A stretch of 64,000 bases of DNA. Source: Candidatus Hydrogenedentota bacterium (lineage in GTDB: Bacteria; Hydrogenedentota; Hydrogenedentia; Hydrogenedentales; SLHB01). Under the pieces are notes generated by a model. The model had not been told where the DNA came from. It worked only from the letters and a program-made list of their open reading frames with translations, and did no database searches. Where the stretch lies: positions 256,001-320,000 of the forward strand of contig CAXXYE010000007.1 in NCBI GenBank assembly GCA_963674865.2, written 5' to 3'. Shown piece after piece: positions 59,804 to 64,000 of this stretch (the first letter of the stretch is position 1; every line of letters begins with the position of its first letter). The position numbers and the translations under genes were made by a program.

Positions 59804-60118
59804 CTTCCTACTCAGGTTCTTCGGTACACTACCCCACGTATGGCCTACCTTTCCCTGCATTTTGCGGCGTTTTTCTCGACCACAAAGGCTCAAAGGCACG
59901 AAGGACCTTGATGTCTTGTTGTATTTTGTATTTCTATTATTTGTTCTTGCGTGGCGACCAGGGCTTCGCCCTGGACCCACTAAGATTGCTCGGTGCGACG
60001 CACCTCACAATCTCAAACAACACCCCCTACCAAACACTTTGACCAAGGGAAACATCCCCGCGCTACGGGCCTGTGCGCGGCCTATGCTGCGCGGCCGCGC
60101 CTTTGGCCCTCCGCGCCC

Positions 60119-60134
60119 CGCGGCTTACGCCGCG
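60119..60134 (-). other. GC hairpin 35 nt downstream of the kinase stop (DGR-target-like)
   Basis: cgcggc-GTAA-gccgcg after a TTTGCTGC-like repeated tract. Confidence 0.5.
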
Positions 60135-60169
60135 CAAGCAACAAAGCCGCAAAGCAGTAAGCAGCAAAA

Positions 60170-63094
60170 CTACGGCCTGGCGAGGCGGAACCCCAAGATG
60201 TCGTACCGGTCGCCCGGGGCGGACCAGGAGCGAACCGCGGAACGGCAGTACCTCGGGTTGAAGTACCAGCTGCCACCGCGGGCCACCCGGTACGAGCCTG
60301 CACTGGGGCCCGTGGGATCGGTTACTGAACCCGAAGGATAGGTCCCATGCCAGTCCTGGCACCACTCCCAAACGTTACCGTGCATGTCGTGCAGCCCCCA
60401 AGCATTCGCGCTCTTACCACCCACGCTATGAGTCTTCGAACCGCTGTTCTCGTTATACCATCCGTAGCTGCCCAGTGTGGAAGACGAATCTCCAAAGCAA
60501 TACGCCGTCGTACTACCCGCACGGCACGCGTATTCCCACTCCGCCTCCGTCGGTAACCGGAAGGTGCCTTGACCTTTCGCATTAAGTCTCTTGATAAACG
60601 CCTGGCAATCGTCCCAAGAAACGTAGTAAATGGGATAATCCGCCCCTTCTCCTCGAAGCGGCCAATCCTTGTTGGCCTTATCGCGTTGCTGACCTATGGT
60701 GTTCCCCATCACCGCACGCCACTGCGCCTGGGTTACCTCATATTTGCCCAGCCAGAAACCCTTCGTGAGCGTCACCCGGTGCTGGGTCTCATCATCATCC
60801 CGGTTTTCCTCGCCCGCCGGGCTCCCCATCATGAAGTCCCCAGGCGGAATCCACACCAGCTCGAGCGTCACACCCCCGCCAAGGTCCACGGAACGCGTTT
60901 GACCCGCCTTAGGCGCCTGAGCCAATAGCTTGCGCTCGGGCGTCACCTCGACGGCTTTGGCATACTGCGTCTCGGCCGCGCCGTAGTACTCGGCAGCTTT
61001 GGCGTAGTCGCCGTCGGCGAGGGCCTCCTCAGCCGATGACCATGCCCGATCGCCCGCTGCCACTTCGTCTTCGGCATACTTCCGCTCGTCCGTGCCGATC
61101 TGTTTCTGCGACGCGAGCGCGTCTTTGCGGGCGGTCTCCGCGTCTCCCTTCGCCGCAGCGAGGCGCTCACCGGCGACCGTCGCGGCCTCCGCATACTTTG
61201 CAGTAGCTTGTTCGTACAGGGCCTTGATGTCGTGAAAAGCGGGGACAGACCCGTCTCCGCTCGTGCCTCGCTTCGCTTGCGTCAGTCCCCGTTTTTCGTC
61301 CGCCTCCTTCATCAGCCTGTCCGCGTCGGCGAGTTCCTGGGACGCGTACTTGCTGACTGCCTCCGTTTGGGCCGACTGCTTGGCCTGTTCCGCGGCTTTG
61401 CGCGCCGCGGCTACAATCGCCTCACCCTGCTGTGCCGTCTCGGAGGCTGCCAGCTTGAAAAGGCCCGCCGCTTCCGTGAGCAACTCGGCGCCCTTCACGC
61501 GGTCCTCAGTCAACAGGGCCTGTTCCTGGACCTCCACAGCCTGTTCGTACCGTGTCTTAGCCCAGGTCGCCGCGTCGAGGGCATCCGCTGCTTTCTTTTC
61601 CTTCTCGAGACTGGCCTTGGCCTTCTCATAGGCCGTAATTTCGGCCGAGACCTTCTCGCCTTGCGCTTTGGCTTTGGTGAATAGCCCCTCCGCCTCCTGG
61701 TACTTCTCCACGGCGGCGGCGAACGCCCTCAGCCGGTCATGGGCTTCCCCGTCCTTCAGGGCCTCTGCGCCCGCCTTGAACAACTCCTCCGCATGTTGCT
61801 CCGCCCCGGCGTCCTTCGCGGCTTGCTGGGCCGTTACGGCGGCCACCTTCGCCGCGCTGGCGTCCGCGGCCGTGGCGGAATCAGGGACTGTTCCAAGCGA
61901 GTCCGCCGAAGGCGGACGAGACGGGACTGTCCCTGATTCCTCAACCGTTCCGCCCGGCTGGGAGGGTCGGGCTCCCGCGCGACCTTCCGGCCCCACGGGA
62001 GCGGGGCCCTGGCGGCCGACCATAAGGAAAACCGCAAATACCAGAACGACCACGGCAGCAACCGCTGAAACCGCCCATTGCGCTTTGCCTGTTCGTTGCC
62101 CCGCCTGCTCGAGCGCCTCACGCAGGGCGGCCGCGGATTCGGGACGGTCCTCCGCGTTTGGCTCCAAGCAAGTGAGAACGACGGTGTCGAGGCCCTTAGG
62201 CGTGCCGGCACTGATCTGAGAGGGGGATTTGACGCGGCCCACAGGTATCTCCCCCGTGAGCATCTGGTAGAGGACCACCCCCACGGAGTAAATATCCGCG
62301 CGGGCGTCGAGTTCGCGGAGGTGGATGCTCTGCTCCGGGGCCTGGTAGTACGCCGTGCCCAGGGCCATGCTCGACTTGGTAAGTCGGCCGGGCGACATGA
62401 GCTTGGCCAGGCCGAAGTCCAGCACCTTAATGGCACCGTCGGGCCGCACCATGATGTTCTGCGGTTTGAGGTCGCGGTGGATGGTGTTCTTGTGCGCGTA
62501 CTCGAGGGCGTCACAGAGCTGGCGGGTGATGTCCAGTGCTTCTTCGACGGGCAGCCGCCCACCGCGTTCCTGCAAGACGCGATGGAGCGTCTTGCCTTCG
62601 ACATACTCCATCGTGAAGAAGTAGAAGCCCCGGCGCTTGTCCGCCGCCAAGTCGTAGACCGTGACAATGTTCTCGTGGCGCAATTGCTGGCTGATGGCTA
62701 CCTCGGAGCGGAATCGTTGGCGAGCCGTCTCGCTGGCTAACAGCGAAGGCAGCATCACCTTGAGGGCCTTCTCCAGACCGAGGTGCCGGTCCTTCACGTG
62801 GTAGACAGCGCCCATGCCGCCGAATCCGAGTTGCTTTACCACCTCGAATCGCTTGGCCACCACATCGCCGGGCTTCAACAGGACGGACTTCTGCTCACGA
62901 ATGAGGTCCGGATCGAGTTCGCTCCCCTGCGGCAGGAACGGCTGCAGTTGGTCCTCCGCCCACGTCGGCGACTCCCCCGCCGATACCATCCCCGGAGCAG
63001 AGTCTTTCCCCGGCGCTCCGGCTCCCTCGCCGTCGCCCTCCCACCGCGTGGGGCTATCGCCTTCGCTGGCTATCTTCGGCGGCTCGTGCGGCAT
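60170..63094 (-). CDS. Hanks-type Ser/Thr kinase + TM + helical repeat stalk + FGE-sulfatase (C-type lectin fold) domain
   Basis: GFGGMGAVY, ALK, HRDLKPQN, DFG, APE; TM AVSAVAAVVVLVFAVFLMV; IPPGDFMMGS, RLPTEAEWEYACRAG, DMHGNVWEW, RGGSW, GFRL. Confidence 0.96.
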   Translation of the reverse strand: MPHEPPKIASEGDSPTRWEGDGEGAGAPGKDSAPGMVSAGESPTWAEDQLQPFLPQGSELDPDLIREQKSVLLKPGDVVAKRFEVVKQLGFGGMGAVYHVKDRHLGLEKALKVMLPSLLASETARQRFRSEVAISQQLRHENIVTVYDLAADKRRGFYFFTMEYVEGKTLHRVLQERGGRLPVEEALDITRQLCDALEYAHKNTIHRDLKPQNIMVRPDGAIKVLDFGLAKLMSPGRLTKSSMALGTAYYQAPEQSIHLRELDARADIYSVGVVLYQMLTGEIPVGRVKSPSQISAGTPKGLDTVVLTCLEPNAEDRPESAAALREALEQAGQRTGKAQWAVSAVAAVVVLVFAVFLMVGRQGPAPVGPEGRAGARPSQPGGTVEESGTVPSRPPSADSLGTVPDSATAADASAAKVAAVTAQQAAKDAGAEQHAEELFKAGAEALKDGEAHDRLRAFAAAVEKYQEAEGLFTKAKAQGEKVSAEITAYEKAKASLEKEKKAADALDAATWAKTRYEQAVEVQEQALLTEDRVKGAELLTEAAGLFKLAASETAQQGEAIVAAARKAAEQAKQSAQTEAVSKYASQELADADRLMKEADEKRGLTQAKRGTSGDGSVPAFHDIKALYEQATAKYAEAATVAGERLAAAKGDAETARKDALASQKQIGTDERKYAEDEVAAGDRAWSSAEEALADGDYAKAAEYYGAAETQYAKAVEVTPERKLLAQAPKAGQTRSVDLGGGVTLELVWIPPGDFMMGSPAGEENRDDDETQHRVTLTKGFWLGKYEVTQAQWRAVMGNTIGQQRDKANKDWPLRGEGADYPIYYVSWDDCQAFIKRLNAKGQGTFRLPTEAEWEYACRAGSTTAYCFGDSSSTLGSYGWYNENSGSKTHSVGGKSANAWGLHDMHGNVWEWCQDWHGTYPSGSVTDPTGPSAGSYRVARGGSWYFNPRYCRSAVRSWSAPGDRYDILGFRLARP
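61234..61297. repeat. 64-nt palindromic element in frame within the kinase gene
   Basis: Arms gaaaagcggggac/gtccccgtttttc; its reverse complement matches 18804-18856. Confidence 0.85.
61877..61940. repeat. 64-nt palindromic element in frame within the kinase gene
   Basis: Arms ggaatcagggac/gtccctgattcc with the internal hairpin gtccgcc-gaa-ggcggac; contains gggactgtccc. Confidence 0.8.
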
Positions 63095-63203
63095 TCAGTT
63101 GTCCCATCCCCGAATCGATCTAAACTCCCCCGGCAACTGCTTGACGAGCACTGCCGTAAGCTTCGCTGACCTGTACAAATTGCGCCAACATTCCTCATCT
63201 CCA

Positions 63204-64000
63204 CTACCTGTCCCTGCAGAGGCGCAGTCCGCAACTACTGAGTTGTTCGTCCGACTGCCTTCTCTTGCGCCGGGCCGAGCGGCAGCTGAGATCCTCTCCA
63301 CCCCAACTTCCCCCACGCACTACTCGACTTGAACCATCTGGCGGACCTTTGGGGTCCATGGAAAAGCTGGCTGGATACTCCGCATACCAGTCCTGACACC
63401 ATTCCCAAACGTTGCCGTGCATATCGTGAAGGCCCCAGACATTTGGGCGCTTCTGACCGACGCGGTGCGTTGTCGCGCGGCTATTCTTCTTGTACCAAGC
63501 ATAATGCTCAAGGTCGGATATGGCATCTCCAAAACTGTAGGCCGTTGTGGTGCCGGCTCGACACGCATATTCCCACTCGGCCTCTGTCGGGAACCGAAAC
63601 CTCTCCTCTTGTCTGGCGTTGAGCCTCCGTATATACTCATAACAGTCATTCCACGACACGTTTTCTACGGGCCGGTCAGCACCCGCGAAGCGCGATGGCG
63701 AATTCCCCATCACAGCACACCACTGAGCCTGCGTGACTTGGTATTTCGCCAACCAAAACCCCTGAGAGATCGTCACCTGGTGTTGACGTTCATTCGGAGC
63801 GAAATTGTGTTCTTGAGGTGTGCTGCCCATCATGAAAGTACCTTGGGGAATCCAAACGAAGTCGATATCCGCGAAGGTCCGTACCTCCCCAGGTAATGGC
63901 TCGTGTTTAGAAAAGTTGGGCGCTTTGGATATGTGCCAAGTCCCCTTGATTGATAAGGCAGATAATCCATCGAAGAAAGATGCGCAGGAAGAAGGGCGGC
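63204..64000 (-). CDS. FGE-sulfatase domain protein, 5' part outside the window
   Basis: WIPQGTFMMGS, RFPTEAEWEYACRAG, DMHGNVWEW, RGGSW. The frame stays open upstream of 63833 to the window edge. Confidence 0.9.
   Translation of the reverse strand, partial: RPSSCASFFDGLSALSIKGTWHISKAPNFSKHEPLPGEVRTFADIDFVWIPQGTFMMGSTPQEHNFAPNERQHQVTISQGFWLAKYQVTQAQWCAVMGNSPSRFAGADRPVENVSWNDCYEYIRRLNARQEERFRFPTEAEWEYACRAGTTTAYSFGDAISDLEHYAWYKKNSRATTHRVGQKRPNVWGLHDMHGNVWEWCQDWYAEYPASFSMDPKGPPDGSSRVVRGGSWGGEDLSCRSARRKRRQSDEQLSSCGLRLCRDR

Noticed and set aside
63204..63330. Second FGE gene as template repeat or DGR target
   Set aside because: It is not AAC-rich, is too divergent from the kinase 3' end, has many A/G-ending codons at variable sites, and has no downstream hairpin.
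60170..64000. FGE domains as maturases for the sulfatase at 487
   Set aside because: Both lack the catalytic Cys pair after RGGS, so they are binding-type domains.

Overview
GC-rich bacterial window. The gene repertoire (membrane-tethered ECF sigma with carboxypeptidase-regulatory-like repeats, H-X9-DG protein, DUF1080 proteins, FGE-type domains) suggests Candidatus Hydrogenedentota or a PVC-like lineage, but that is inference. Left part (0.5-18.6 kb): secreted carbohydrate/sulfate-active genes and a ~2300-aa malectin/Ig/propeller surface protein, with many single-base frameshifts that look like long-read errors. Middle: a 130-bp tandem palindromic array, minus-strand metabolic genes, and a plus-strand accessory block (30-41 kb) with nested short direct repeats. 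Right: the rpmH-rnpA-yidD-yidC-jag-mnmE-rarA cluster, pdxA, a half-MazG, and a dnaA with two DnaA boxes but no adjacent dnaN. The most interesting region is 57-64 kb. A Ser/Thr receptor kinase ends in an FGE-type C-lectin domain whose 3' end looks like a DGR variable region; no RT or template repeat is in the window. The same gene carries two in-frame 64-nt palindromic insertions. Downstream, a sigma54-type promoter precedes a sensorless histidine kinase and a sigma54 activator. No rRNA, tRNA, CRISPR array or transposase was recognised.
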